This document shows positions 1 through 9,859 of a stretch of 64,000 nucleotides of DNA, piece by piece (the first letter of the stretch is position 1; the number at the start of each line of letters is the position of its first letter). The stretch lies in NCBI GenBank assembly GCA_049512315.1, contig JBEKXF010000016.1:1-64000 (forward strand), read 5' to 3'. The DNA comes from Candidatus Aminicenantales bacterium (GTDB lineage: Bacteria; Acidobacteriota; Aminicenantia; Aminicenantales; Saccharicenantaceae). The notes beneath the pieces are model-generated. The model was not told the origin of the DNA. It saw nothing but the letters and a program-made list of their open reading frames with translations, and made no database searches. The translations under genes were made by a program, and so were the position numbers.

Positions 1-2088
1 CGGAACGAGCTCAAACTGGCCCGCCGCATCTCCCACAAGAACGTTTGCCGCATCTACGACCTCGGGAACTGCGAGGGGACCTATTTCATCTCCATGGAAT
101 ACATCCCGGGCGACAACCTCAAGAGCATCATCCAGATGATGGGCCCGCTCTCCCCGGCCCGCGCCCTGGCGATCGCCGGGCAGGTCTGCGACGGGATGGC
201 GGAGGCCCACCGCCTCGGCGTCGTCCACCGGGACCTCAAGACGTCCAACATCATGATCGACCGCGAGGGGAGCGCCCGGATCACGGACTTCGGCATCGCC
301 CGCACTGCCGGGACCAAGGGCCTCACGGACCGGGGCACGCTAATCGGGACGCCCGAATACATGGCCCCAGAGCAGATCGAGGGGGAAGGGGTCGACCATC
401 GGTCCGACATTTACTCCCTGGGCATCATCCTCTTCGAGATGATGACCGGCCGGGTCCCGTTCGAGGGAAACACGCCTCTGAGCGTCGCCCTGATGCAGAA
501 GTCCGCCCATCCCCCGAACCCCCGGGACCTCAACGCCCAGACGCCCGAAGCCCTGAGCGCCGTGATCGCCAAATGCCTGGAAAAGGACCAGGCCGGGCGA
601 TACCAGAGGGTCGAGGCGCTCGCCTCGGACCTCCACGACGTCGCCGAGGGGCTGTCCGAGTCCGCGAAAGGCTTCCGTCCCGGGAAAGCCGAGAGTCTCA
701 CGCCCGGCGGGACGAGGATCATGAACTCCATCGCCGTCCTGCCGTTCACAGACCTCAGCCCGCAGAAGGACCAGGAGTATTTCTGCGAAGGCCTGGCCGA
801 GGAGATCATCACCGACCTGGCGAAGGTCAAGGACCTCGAGGTCGCGGCCAAGAGCTCCGCCTTCTCCGCCGGGTTCAAGAACATGGACGTCCGCGAGATC
901 GGCCGCCAGCTCGGCGTCTCCGCCGTGCTCGAGGGGAGCGTCCGCAAGGGCGAGAACCGGCTCCGCGTCACGGCCCAGCTCATCAACGTGGCGACCGGCT
1001 ACCATTTCTGGTCCGAGAAGTACGAGCGGAGCTTCGAGGACGTCTTCGCCATCCAGGACGAGATCACCCTGGCCATCGTCAACCGGCTCAAGGTCAAGCT
1101 CCTGGGGGAGGAGAAAGCCGCGCTCCTCAAGCGGCACACGGACAATCCGGAGGCCTACAACCTCTACCTGATGGGCCGCTTTTTCTGGAACAAGAGGACG
1201 TCGGAGGGCATGAAGCGGGGACTCGAGTGCTTCGCCCAGGCCATCGCCAAGGACCCCTCCTACGCCCGGGCCTACGCGGGCATCTCGGACTGTTACGGGA
1301 TCTTCGCTTATTACTACATGCCGCCGCGGCCCACCCTCATGAAGGCCTGCGAGGCCGCCGCCAAAGCCCTCGAGCTCGACGAGACCCTGCCCGAGGCCCA
1401 CACGTCCATGGCCTTCGTCAAGGAGAACCTGGAATGGGATTGGGCGGGTGCGGAACGGGAATACCGCCGCGCCATCGAGCTCGATCCCGAATATACCTGG
1501 GCCCACCACTGGTATTCCGTGTTCCTGGCAGCTATGGGCCGCCACCAGGAGTCCTTCGTCGAGATCAAGCGGGCCCTGGACGTCGACCCGACGTCGGCCC
1601 AGTTGAACATGGTCCACGGCATGCTCCTCTACCTGGCCCGATTCTATGACCGCGCGGTCGAAGAACTCGCAAAGGTCGTCGAGATGGAACCCCATCATGT
1701 CCTGGCCACTTTTTACCTCGGCCTGGCCCACCTGGAGAGCGGGAGATACGAAGACGCCCTGGCTCTGGTCAAGCGGTCCGCCGAGCTGGGCAATGCGCCG
1801 TTCTTCGTCCAGGGGATCGGCTATGCCCACGCCTCCGGGGGGCGGAAAGAGCTGGCCCATGAGGTGCTGGCGCGACTGGGCGAGATGATGACCAAGGCCT
1901 ACGTCTCGCCCTTTTTCATGGCCCTGATCCATTTCCAGCTGACCGAGAACGACCGCGGGTTCGAGTGGCTGGACAAAGCCTACGCGGACGGGGACCACTG
2001 GCTGGAATATATCAAGGTCTTCCCCGGATTCGATAGAGTGCGGACCGACCCGCGCTACGCCGCGCTGCTCAAGAAGCTCAAGCTCTAA
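1..2088 (+). CDS. Ser/Thr protein kinase with TolB-like domain and TPR repeats (5'-truncated by window)
   Basis: Frame open from base 1 (RNELKLARRISHKNVCRIYD); HRDLKTSN, DFG, GTPEYMAPE motifs; SIAVLPF TolB-like domain; TPR repeats. Confidence 0.93.
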   Translation, partial: RNELKLARRISHKNVCRIYDLGNCEGTYFISMEYIPGDNLKSIIQMMGPLSPARALAIAGQVCDGMAEAHRLGVVHRDLKTSNIMIDREGSARITDFGIARTAGTKGLTDRGTLIGTPEYMAPEQIEGEGVDHRSDIYSLGIILFEMMTGRVPFEGNTPLSVALMQKSAHPPNPRDLNAQTPEALSAVIAKCLEKDQAGRYQRVEALASDLHDVAEGLSESAKGFRPGKAESLTPGGTRIMNSIAVLPFTDLSPQKDQEYFCEGLAEEIITDLAKVKDLEVAAKSSAFSAGFKNMDVREIGRQLGVSAVLEGSVRKGENRLRVTAQLINVATGYHFWSEKYERSFEDVFAIQDEITLAIVNRLKVKLLGEEKAALLKRHTDNPEAYNLYLMGRFFWNKRTSEGMKRGLECFAQAIAKDPSYARAYAGISDCYGIFAYYYMPPRPTLMKACEAAAKALELDETLPEAHTSMAFVKENLEWDWAGAEREYRRAIELDPEYTWAHHWYSVFLAAMGRHQESFVEIKRALDVDPTSAQLNMVHGMLLYLARFYDRAVEELAKVVEMEPHHVLATFYLGLAHLESGRYEDALALVKRSAELGNAPFFVQGIGYAHASGGRKELAHEVLARLGEMMTKAYVSPFFMALIHFQLTENDRGFEWLDKAYADGDHWLEYIKVFPGFDRVRTDPRYAALLKKLKL

Positions 2089-2117
2089 TAGCCGAATTTC
2101 CCGCCCGTACGGCCAAT

Positions 2118-2199
2118 TTCGGTGACACACAACTAATTACCGAAATAGGCACAATCCTCTATCGTTATTAGTTTTGGTAATTAGTTGTGTGTCACCGAA
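2118..2199. repeat. Inverted-repeat element family 1, copy 1 (REP/MITE-like)
   Basis: Perfect 24-bp IR TTCGGTGACACACAACTAATTACC (2118-2141 / 2176-2199), 34-nt AT-rich spacer; second copy at 11736. Confidence 0.85.
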
Positions 2200-2253
2200 T
2201 TAAAAAGGAACCTTTTCCCCATATGGAACGTATATATAATTTCAGGAGAATAC

Positions 2254-4968
2254 ATGAAGAGAATCGCCGGGCTCATTGCCATAAGCTTCGTTATCGCGGG
2301 CCTTTTCCCGCTCGCCCTCCCGGCCAAGGATAAAGCGAAGCAGAACCAGAATCCCGCCCCGAAGCTTGCCCCGCAGAGAGTCGTCCACGCGGTCAGGGCC
2401 ATGTCTCCCATCACAGTTGACGGCCGGCTGGACGAGGACGTCTGGAAAGGCGAGGCCGCCGAGGGATTCACTCAGAACGACCCCAAGGAAGGAGCCCCCG
2501 CCTCGGAGCGGACCAAAGTCTGGGTCGCCTACGATGACAAAGCGCTCTACGTGGCCGCGTTCTGCTACGATTCCGAGCCGGCCAAGATCGTGAGCCTCAT
2601 GGGGCGGCGCGATGCCCAGATCGACTCCGACTGGTTCATGTTCGCGGTCGACCCGTACTTCGACAAACGGTCCGGATACCTCTTCGGGGTCAACCCCGCC
2701 GGCTCGATCCAGGACTCGGTCCTCTCGAACGACGTCAACGAGGACGATAGCTGGGACGGGGTCTGGGAGGCCAAGGCTGCGGTCAACGGCCAGGGCTGGA
2801 CCGTCGAGATGCGGATCCCCTTCAACGAGATCCGCTTCCCGAAAAAAGACGATTACACCTGGGGCGTGAACTTCACCCGGGTCATCAAGCGGAAGAACGA
2901 GAGAGCGACCTTCAGCTGGGTGCCGAAAGTCGACGCGGCTTACGTCTCCCGGTTCGCCCGGCTCGAGGGCATCCGCGGCATCAGCCCGGGGCGGCACGTG
3001 GAGTTCATGCCCTACGCCGTCGGCAGCGCCCAGTTGCGGCCCGTTCAGGCGGGTAACCCCTTCGAGACCGGCCACCGCGCCCTGGGCAACGCCGGCTTCG
3101 ACCTCAAAGTCGGGCTCAAGAGCAGCCTGACCCTGGACGCCACCGTCAATCCCGACTTCGGGCAGGTCGAGGTCGACCCGGCCGTCATCAACCTCTCGGC
3201 CTACGAAACCTACTACCAGGAGAAGCGGCCGTTCTTCATCGAAGGGGCGTCGCTTTTCCAGAACTTCGGCCGCGGCGGCATCTACCTCAACGCCAACATC
3301 AACTGGCCCCAGCCGACATTTTTCTACAGCCGCCGGATCGGCCGTGCGCCGGAGGGCCCTGTCACCGTGGACGGCTACGCGCGGGTCCCCGACAGGACGG
3401 CCATCCTCGGCGCCGCCAAGCTCACCGGGAACCTCGGGGACGGCTGGAACGTGGGCTTTCTCAGCGCCCTCACGGGCCGGGAATCCGCGGAAATAGACCA
3501 GGCGGGGACGAGGCTGGCGGAGGACGTCGAACCGTTCACGTATTACGGCGCCTTCCGCGCCCAGAAGGACATCCAGGGAGGGAAGAGCGGCTACGGGATC
3601 ATCGCCACGGGCGTCCTGCGCGACATCAACTCGCCGACGCTGGCCGGGATCCTCAACAAGGACGCGTTCAGCCTGGCGGCGGACGGCTGGGCCTTCCTCG
3701 ATAAAAAGCGCGACTGGGTCGTCGGCGGATGGGCCGGGGGGACCAGGGTCGAGGGGACGGTCGACGATATCACCCGGCTGCAGACATCCAGCATGCACTA
3801 TTTCCAGCGGCCCGACGCGACCCACGTCAGCGTCGACCCGGCAGCGACCTCGCTTTCGGGCTGGGGGACGCGGCTGAACCTCTCCAAGCAGAATGGCAGT
3901 TTCCTCTTCCTGACGAGCGCGGGGGTGCTTTCGCCGGGATTCGACCCGAACGACGCCGGGTTCCAGTACAGCGGTTCCGATATCATCCAGTTCCAGGTTG
4001 TGCCCGGGTACCAGTGGACGAAGCCGGGGAAAATCTTCCAGAACGTCCTGGTCATCGGCGCGATGTGTCGGAACTATGATTTCGGGGGCAACAGGATCTA
4101 TGAAGGGGAACTCCTGTCTGTCCAGGGCACGTTCAGGAATTTCTGGCAGTTCAACACGATGTTCGCCTACAACCCCTGGACGGTCAGCAACAGCCGGACG
4201 CGCGGCGGGCCCCTGTCGCTCACGCCCTGGGGATACGAGATCGATACGACCGTTTCGACCGACACGCGGCGGCCGATCGTCCTCGAGGGCGTATCGTCCT
4301 TCTATAGGCAGCCGGCGACGGGAAATCAGTGGAACGGGCAGCTCTCGATCCGCTGGAAGGCGATGTCGAACCTGACCTTGTCGATCGGGCCCTCGCTGGC
4401 TTTCCAAACGAACACCATCCAGTGGGTGACGAGCGTCGCCGACCCGCTGATGACGGCGACCTACGGCAGCCGCTACGTTTTCGGCCGGATCGACGAAAAG
4501 GTCCTCGGAAGCGAGATCCGGGTGGATTGGACGTTCACGCCGAAGCTCACCCTCCAGGCCTACATCCAGCCGTTCATCGCGGTCGGGAAATACGACCAGT
4601 TCAAGGAGCTGGCGCGGCCCAAGAGCTTCGATTACACGACATACGGGATAGGTGGGAGCGCGGGCGGGAACGGGTCGACGATCGGGTACGCGGACGGGGC
4701 GTATACCGTGGACCCGGACGGCGCGGCGGGGCCGGCGGCGCCCTTCACCTTCGGCAACCCCGATTTCAACTACAAGTCCGTGCGGGGGACGGTTGTTTTC
4801 AGGTGGGAATACATGCCCGGCTCGCTCATCTACTTCGTTTGGACGCAGAACCGGGCCGATTACTCGAATCCGGGGAACCTGCGGCTGGGGCGCGACCTGG
4901 GCGACTTATTCTCGGCGCCCGGCGACAACATCTTCCTCCTCAAGGTCTCCTACCGCTGGAATATGTAA
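2254..4968 (+). CDS. CBM9-like/DUF5916 outer-membrane protein
   Basis: AGGAG RBS before ATG 2254; signal peptide; ITVDGRLDEDVW, TVNPDFGQVEVD, EKRPFF, FYSRRIG motifs; barrel-like C-terminus. Confidence 0.85.
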   Translation: MKRIAGLIAISFVIAGLFPLALPAKDKAKQNQNPAPKLAPQRVVHAVRAMSPITVDGRLDEDVWKGEAAEGFTQNDPKEGAPASERTKVWVAYDDKALYVAAFCYDSEPAKIVSLMGRRDAQIDSDWFMFAVDPYFDKRSGYLFGVNPAGSIQDSVLSNDVNEDDSWDGVWEAKAAVNGQGWTVEMRIPFNEIRFPKKDDYTWGVNFTRVIKRKNERATFSWVPKVDAAYVSRFARLEGIRGISPGRHVEFMPYAVGSAQLRPVQAGNPFETGHRALGNAGFDLKVGLKSSLTLDATVNPDFGQVEVDPAVINLSAYETYYQEKRPFFIEGASLFQNFGRGGIYLNANINWPQPTFFYSRRIGRAPEGPVTVDGYARVPDRTAILGAAKLTGNLGDGWNVGFLSALTGRESAEIDQAGTRLAEDVEPFTYYGAFRAQKDIQGGKSGYGIIATGVLRDINSPTLAGILNKDAFSLAADGWAFLDKKRDWVVGGWAGGTRVEGTVDDITRLQTSSMHYFQRPDATHVSVDPAATSLSGWGTRLNLSKQNGSFLFLTSAGVLSPGFDPNDAGFQYSGSDIIQFQVVPGYQWTKPGKIFQNVLVIGAMCRNYDFGGNRIYEGELLSVQGTFRNFWQFNTMFAYNPWTVSNSRTRGGPLSLTPWGYEIDTTVSTDTRRPIVLEGVSSFYRQPATGNQWNGQLSIRWKAMSNLTLSIGPSLAFQTNTIQWVTSVADPLMTATYGSRYVFGRIDEKVLGSEIRVDWTFTPKLTLQAYIQPFIAVGKYDQFKELARPKSFDYTTYGIGGSAGGNGSTIGYADGAYTVDPDGAAGPAAPFTFGNPDFNYKSVRGTVVFRWEYMPGSLIYFVWTQNRADYSNPGNLRLGRDLGDLFSAPGDNIFLLKVSYRWNM

Positions 4969-4980
4969 CATCAAATAAAA

Positions 4981-5103
4981 CGGGGTCAAATCTTCATTCT
5001 TGCACTTTTTGAGAGGGTTTTTTGGCCCATTTTTTATTTATCTTTAATTATTACTGCAACATACATGGGGTCAGGTTTTCATTTGACCCCGATCCTTGAC
5101 CCC
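4981..5103. repeat. Inverted-repeat element family 2, copy 1
   Basis: CGGGGTCAAATCTTCATTCTTGCA...ATGGGGTCAGG...TTTGACCCCG; colinear with 7688-7828; lies between convergent stops. Confidence 0.75.
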
Positions 5104-6371
5104 TATCCTATTCTCACAGGCTTATCGAGCGCGGGGCGAAGCAGGGAGAACGCCCCGGCCAGGGCGAATCCGGTGGCGGCACAGCCGAACCAGAGCGCGT
5201 TCCCTCCAAACCGGCCGTAGACGGCGGTCCCGGCCGGAGGCGCGATGATGAAGGCTAGCGAGAAAACGAAGCTGAAAATACCCATGTAGCGTCCGCGTGT
5301 CGCGTCCACGGCCCGGCCGGCGATGAGGGCCGTGACGAGAGGCATGCTCAGCATCTCGCCGAAGGTCCACACAGCCACCGTGAACGCCGCGAACGCGAAC
5401 CCCCGGCCGAGGGGCAAGAGCCCGAGTCCGGCGCCGATCAGGACGAACGAGATATTGATCATCCGGGTCAGCGGGTATTTCCTGATCTTCTCCATCAGGA
5501 CCATCTCGAGGACGACGATCATGACGGTGTTCACGGCGAGGAGCTGACCGATGTGGTTTTCGGCCAGGCCGTAAACGTCACGCATGTAGAGAGGGAATGT
5601 CGTCAGGACCTGGATGAAGATGGAGCACCAGACGATGAAGAGAAGCATGAGGAGAAGGAAAGGACCGTCGCGCCACGGGGAACGGTCGGCGGGGCGGGGG
5701 CGGCTCACGTCGCTGATCCCGGGTCTCGCGCTCCTCGGGCCCGCACCCGCAGGACTCCCGTCCTCGGCCGCTCGCGGCTCCTTCCCCGAGCCCTTCCACA
5801 TCAGGGCGAAGACGACGGCCGCCGCGAGCGATGTCAGCCCGTCCGCCCAGAAGAGGAGCCGGTAGTCGCGCAGAGCCAAGAGCCCGCCTACGGCCGGCCC
5901 GATGGTCACGCCGAGATTATTGGCCAGCCGGTTGAGCGCGAAGCCCTTGACCTGGAGGTCCGGCGGGCAGATCCGCGCCATCGACGTGGAGTTCACCGGA
6001 TAGAGCGAGCCCGCGGCCACGGCAAACAAAAAGAGCAGCGGGAAGAGAACCGGAGGTTGTCGCACCTGGCCGAGGGCGATGAGGAAGCCTCCGGCGAGAG
6101 CGAGGCCCGCCTTCTGGACGACGATCGAACCCACCTTGTCAGCCAGCCAGCCGCCGCCGTAGGCGCCCAGGAGCGAGCCGATCCCGTACAGGCTCAACGT
6201 CCCGCCGGCCCGGACCGGGCTGAAGCCGAGCTTCCGGGTCAGGTAGAGGGTCAGGAAAAAGATGACCATCGATCCCGAGGAATTGACCAGGTTGACCGTG
6301 AACAGGATCCAGGCTTTGCGCGGCAGGCCGCTGTACGCCTGGCGGTACGTGTCCCTAATCTTGCCGAACAT
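5103..6371 (-). CDS. MFS transporter
   Basis: About 12 hydrophobic segments, GGWLADKVG motif A, RGRYMG. Confidence 0.9.
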   Translation of the reverse strand: MFGKIRDTYRQAYSGLPRKAWILFTVNLVNSSGSMVIFFLTLYLTRKLGFSPVRAGGTLSLYGIGSLLGAYGGGWLADKVGSIVVQKAGLALAGGFLIALGQVRQPPVLFPLLFLFAVAAGSLYPVNSTSMARICPPDLQVKGFALNRLANNLGVTIGPAVGGLLALRDYRLLFWADGLTSLAAAVVFALMWKGSGKEPRAAEDGSPAGAGPRSARPGISDVSRPRPADRSPWRDGPFLLLMLLFIVWCSIFIQVLTTFPLYMRDVYGLAENHIGQLLAVNTVMIVVLEMVLMEKIRKYPLTRMINISFVLIGAGLGLLPLGRGFAFAAFTVAVWTFGEMLSMPLVTALIAGRAVDATRGRYMGIFSFVFSLAFIIAPPAGTAVYGRFGGNALWFGCAATGFALAGAFSLLRPALDKPVRIG

Positions 6372-6436
6372 GGACGTTAAACGCGTATTACACCAAGACG
6401 GGTGGAAACGTCAAAGAAAAGAACGGGATCAAATCT

Positions 6437-7504
6437 TCAGACGTTGAAGCGGATACTCAGGATGTCGCCGTCCTTGACGCTGTAATCCCGGCCCGCGAGG
6501 AGGAACTTACCTTTGTCCTTGACGGCCTTCTCGGAGCCCCAGGCGACCAGATCCTCATACTTAAAGCATTCGGCGGCGATGAACCCCCGGGCCAGGTCGG
6601 AATGGATGGCGGCGGCAGCCTCGACGGCCGTGGCGTTCCGTCGCACATTCCAGGCGCGGACCTCGTCGTCCCCGACCGTGAAGAAGCTGATGTAGCCCAG
6701 AGCGTCATAGGCCAGGGCCGTGAGCCGGTCGCGGGCCGACTCCCGGATGCCCATGTCCTCCATGAAAGCCCGGGCCGACTCCTCGTCGAGCCGGGAGAGC
6801 TCCATTTCGAACTCGCCGGCGAACTCCACGGCCCGGTACCTCTCCCCTATTTCCGCGAGGACGGTGCCGTTCCGGCCGAAGAGCGCCTCGTGGGAGTTCA
6901 CGATGACCAGGGCTTGCTTCATCGTCAGGAACTGGAAGCCGCGGAGGAGGGTTTCACCGTCTGCGTTCAGGCCGAGCTCGCGGACCGGACGGCCGGCGTT
7001 GAGCCCTTCGACGACCCGGCGCAGGACTTTTTCCTCGGCCCCGAGGGCGCGCGTCACTTGTCCCTTTTTAAGCCCGGCCTCGATCTTCTCCAGCCGTTTC
7101 TCGGCGATGATCAGGTCCGCGATCAGGAGCTCGTCCTCGATCTTTTTCAGGTCGGCGAGCGGCATCGGATCGCCCAGAAGATCGCTCCCGAATCCCCGCA
7201 GGACGACGGCCAGGGCATCGCAGGTGCGGACGAGCTTCATCATGTCGCCCGAAAAAGCGTCGGCCCGGGCCTCCTCCTCGCTGACCCCGGCGAGGTCCAC
7301 GATATCGATCGTCGGATAGACGATCCGCTTCGGGCGATAGATGGCGGAGAGGGCTGTGACGCGCTCGTCGCCGACTTTGACCGCCGCCAGGTTGGGACCG
7401 ACGCGGCCAGTGCTGAAAGCGGAAACGGAGGCGGCCGAGCCCGTCAGGGCGTTGAACAGCGTCGTTTTCCCCGACTTCGGCAGCCCGATAAACCCGATCT
7501 TCAT
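6437..7504 (-). CDS. ychF: YchF/OLA1-family ATPase
   Basis: GLPKSGKTTLFNALT P-loop, DLAG, ISFFTVGDDEVRAW, IHSDLARGFI, C-terminal RFNV; GGAGG RBS before ATG 7504. Confidence 0.85.
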   Translation of the reverse strand: MKIGFIGLPKSGKTTLFNALTGSAASVSAFSTGRVGPNLAAVKVGDERVTALSAIYRPKRIVYPTIDIVDLAGVSEEEARADAFSGDMMKLVRTCDALAVVLRGFGSDLLGDPMPLADLKKIEDELLIADLIIAEKRLEKIEAGLKKGQVTRALGAEEKVLRRVVEGLNAGRPVRELGLNADGETLLRGFQFLTMKQALVIVNSHEALFGRNGTVLAEIGERYRAVEFAGEFEMELSRLDEESARAFMEDMGIRESARDRLTALAYDALGYISFFTVGDDEVRAWNVRRNATAVEAAAAIHSDLARGFIAAECFKYEDLVAWGSEKAVKDKGKFLLAGRDYSVKDGDILSIRFNV

Positions 7505-7687
7505 GTCTCCTCCGGCCGGCCCGCGATTTCCGCCTGTGCTCATACACAGGCCGGGGCGCCGGCAAAACTCTGTTCGCCTTTTTAACCTCTTGGATCCGCG
7601 GGAAGGCGGATAAGGGGAAGGCTCAAATGCCTCAAACGAAAGAAGTTAGTATAGCAGAACCGCTCCGGCCTGTCGAGCCGGAAAAAT

Positions 7688-7828
7688 CGGGGTCAAATCT
7701 TCATTTTTGCATTTTTGGCAAGAGTTTTTTGTCTGTTTTTGTTCTAACTCTAATCATTACTGGGGGATAGATGGGGTCAGGTCTACACTTTTTCTGGGTA
7801 AAACTGCAAGAATGAAGATTTGACCCCG
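7688..7828. repeat. Inverted-repeat element family 2, copy 2 (141 bp, MITE-like)
   Basis: 24-bp terminal IRs 7688-7711 and 7805-7828 (1 mismatch); internal ATGGGGTCAGG. Confidence 0.85.
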
Positions 7829-7830
7829 TC

Positions 7831-9420
7831 TTATTTTCGCACCGGCCTAAGCAGGAGGTCCTGGAAATCATAGCTGAAATCCACATTCGGCGAGGCCGGG
7901 ACCATCTTCGCCTCTTCGATCGTGCCGTCCGGGTTGAGAGTGAACGTGACATAGGCGTCGGCCCGGAGCTCCCGATCCCTCCAGCGGACGAGGAAGGTGT
8001 CGTGCTGCCAGTGCTCGAGGTCGCCGACGAGCTGGGGCGATTTCGTGAAGTGGATGACGAACTTGCCGTTCTCGGCCGCGACCTCGATGTCGCCGTACCA
8101 GGCGTCATTGTACGTCCCCGCGTATTTCTCGAGCGCGAGCGACGGCTTCGAATTCACGTCCCGGGCGGCGCTCGCCTTTTTCAGTATCTCCTCGGTCCGG
8201 GCGTCGCCCCGGGCCTTGACCTTGAGGTAGGCGTCGAGCCAATCGGTTTTCGGCGCCTCGAGGTAATGGTCGGCGACAAACATCGTGAGCGCGGCGAAGG
8301 CCTCGTCCGCTTCCTGGTTGGTGAGAACGGCGATGCCCAGGTTGCGCTCGGGAATGAGCCAGACCTGGGAAACATAGCCCGCCAGCCCGCCGGTGTGGGT
8401 GACGACCTTGAGGCCGCGGTAGTCCTTGACGTGCAATCCCAGGGCATAGCCGTTGAAGTTGGCTTTCAAGGCCGCCAGCTCGGGCGCCGGCACCGGGTTG
8501 GGCATGGGCGTCACCAGTGTCGTGAGCTCCCGGTACGTCCGCTCCGAGAAAAGCCGCGTCCCGTCGGCGACCTGTCCGCGGCCGAGCAGGACCAGCATCC
8601 ACTTGGCCATGTCCTCGGCGCACGAGTTGATGCCCCCGGCCGGATTCGTATTGTCATTCGTGGAGGGCTTGACGATCCGGACGACGCCGTCGACGTTGGC
8701 GTGCGTGGCCGCGACATTGCCGCCCTCGGTCGCCGCGGAATGGCGGACGTTCGACCAGGTCATCCCGACCTTGGCCAGGATCCGTTCCTTGACGAAATCC
8801 TCCCAGACCTTGCCGCTGACGGCCTCGATGACTTCCCCGGCCACGGAGTAGAGCAGGTTGTCATAAGCGTAGGTGTACCTGAACGAGGTCGCCGGCTTGA
8901 TGTAGCGCAGGCGCCGAACGATCTCCTTCCGGTCATAGGTCGTCGGCGGCCAGAAGAGAAGGTCACCGGCGCCGAGCCCCAGGCCGCTCCTGTGGACGAG
9001 GAGGTCACGGACAGTGATCTCCCGCGTCACGTACGGGTCGTACATAGCGAACCATGGCAGGTAATTGATGACCGGCGCATCCCAGGCGATCTTGCCTTCC
9101 TCGACGAGAAGGCCCAGCGCTGTGGCCGTAAAGATCTTGGTGTTCGAGGCGATGCCGAAGAGCGTCCGGGCGTCAACGGGCGCCGGATCGCCGATCTTTC
9201 GGACCCCGTAGCCCTTGGCCACGATCACCTCTCCGTCCTTGACGATGGCCAGGGCCATGCCCGGCACCTCGAAGGCCTTCATGATCCGGGCGGCCTCGGC
9301 GTCGAGGCCGGACGGCGGGGACGTCGGCTTCGGGGTCAGGGCGGAACCCGCCCAGGGCAATATCAGCGATAAGGCCAACACGGCAAAAAGGACGTTCCGG
9401 AACCGGCGGCACGATGACAT
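7831..9420 (-). CDS. Serine hydrolase (beta-lactamase/AmpC-like with DUF3471)
   Basis: SNTK (SxxK), YDN (YxN), HTGG motifs; signal peptide; AAGGAGG RBS before ATG 9420. Confidence 0.9.
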   Translation of the reverse strand: MSSCRRFRNVLFAVLALSLILPWAGSALTPKPTSPPSGLDAEAARIMKAFEVPGMALAIVKDGEVIVAKGYGVRKIGDPAPVDARTLFGIASNTKIFTATALGLLVEEGKIAWDAPVINYLPWFAMYDPYVTREITVRDLLVHRSGLGLGAGDLLFWPPTTYDRKEIVRRLRYIKPATSFRYTYAYDNLLYSVAGEVIEAVSGKVWEDFVKERILAKVGMTWSNVRHSAATEGGNVAATHANVDGVVRIVKPSTNDNTNPAGGINSCAEDMAKWMLVLLGRGQVADGTRLFSERTYRELTTLVTPMPNPVPAPELAALKANFNGYALGLHVKDYRGLKVVTHTGGLAGYVSQVWLIPERNLGIAVLTNQEADEAFAALTMFVADHYLEAPKTDWLDAYLKVKARGDARTEEILKKASAARDVNSKPSLALEKYAGTYNDAWYGDIEVAAENGKFVIHFTKSPQLVGDLEHWQHDTFLVRWRDRELRADAYVTFTLNPDGTIEEAKMVPASPNVDFSYDFQDLLLRPVRK

Positions 9421-9541
9421 GGCTGACCTCCTTGAGTTCAAAGCTGAAGCCATTTTTATACACTATCCGCGGCTTAATAGGAAGCCTCATTGCGGCGAAC
9501 GGAGAATTTCTTTTCCTGCGACTTTATTGGGAAAGATAATG

Positions 9542-9756
9542 ATGGGTGGCACGGTGCCAGTCCCCCCCGCCCGAGGCGGAAGGGGCTTGCGCGAGAGCGC
9601 TGGGGGTTCCAAGGGGCGGCTTCCCCCTGGTCGGAGTACTCGGCTGAAGCAGCCGAGTGCGGAGAGGGGAGGTTCAGGAGGGGGCCTTTTCCCCTCCGCC
9701 CTCGGGGGGATGGGTGGAACTGAGGCCGAACGGGGACGCACCAGGCCAGGACCCAT
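9542..9756. other. Highly self-complementary intergenic element (candidate structured RNA or repeat)
   Basis: Outer stem GGTGC-CA-GTCCCC/GGGGAC-GCACC; hairpins GCGC-GAGA-GCGC and GTACTCGGCTG-AAG-CAGCCGAGTGC; begins GGGTGGCACGGT like elements at 13159 and 18541. Confidence 0.5.
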
Positions 9757-9859
9757 TGCTCCTTTATCATTTTCGCAGGAAGAAAAGTGTCCCGCAGGGG
9801 GGAAGAAAATCCGGCGGCCGGCGTCTAAACATTGATAATCTTATGAGGAGAAATACCGT

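Noticed and set aside
9542..9756. SRP RNA, RNase P RNA, tmRNA or tRNA
   Set aside because: Diagnostic motifs (SRP GGAA/AGCAG helix, GAGGAAAGUCC, tRNA-like ends) not found on either strand
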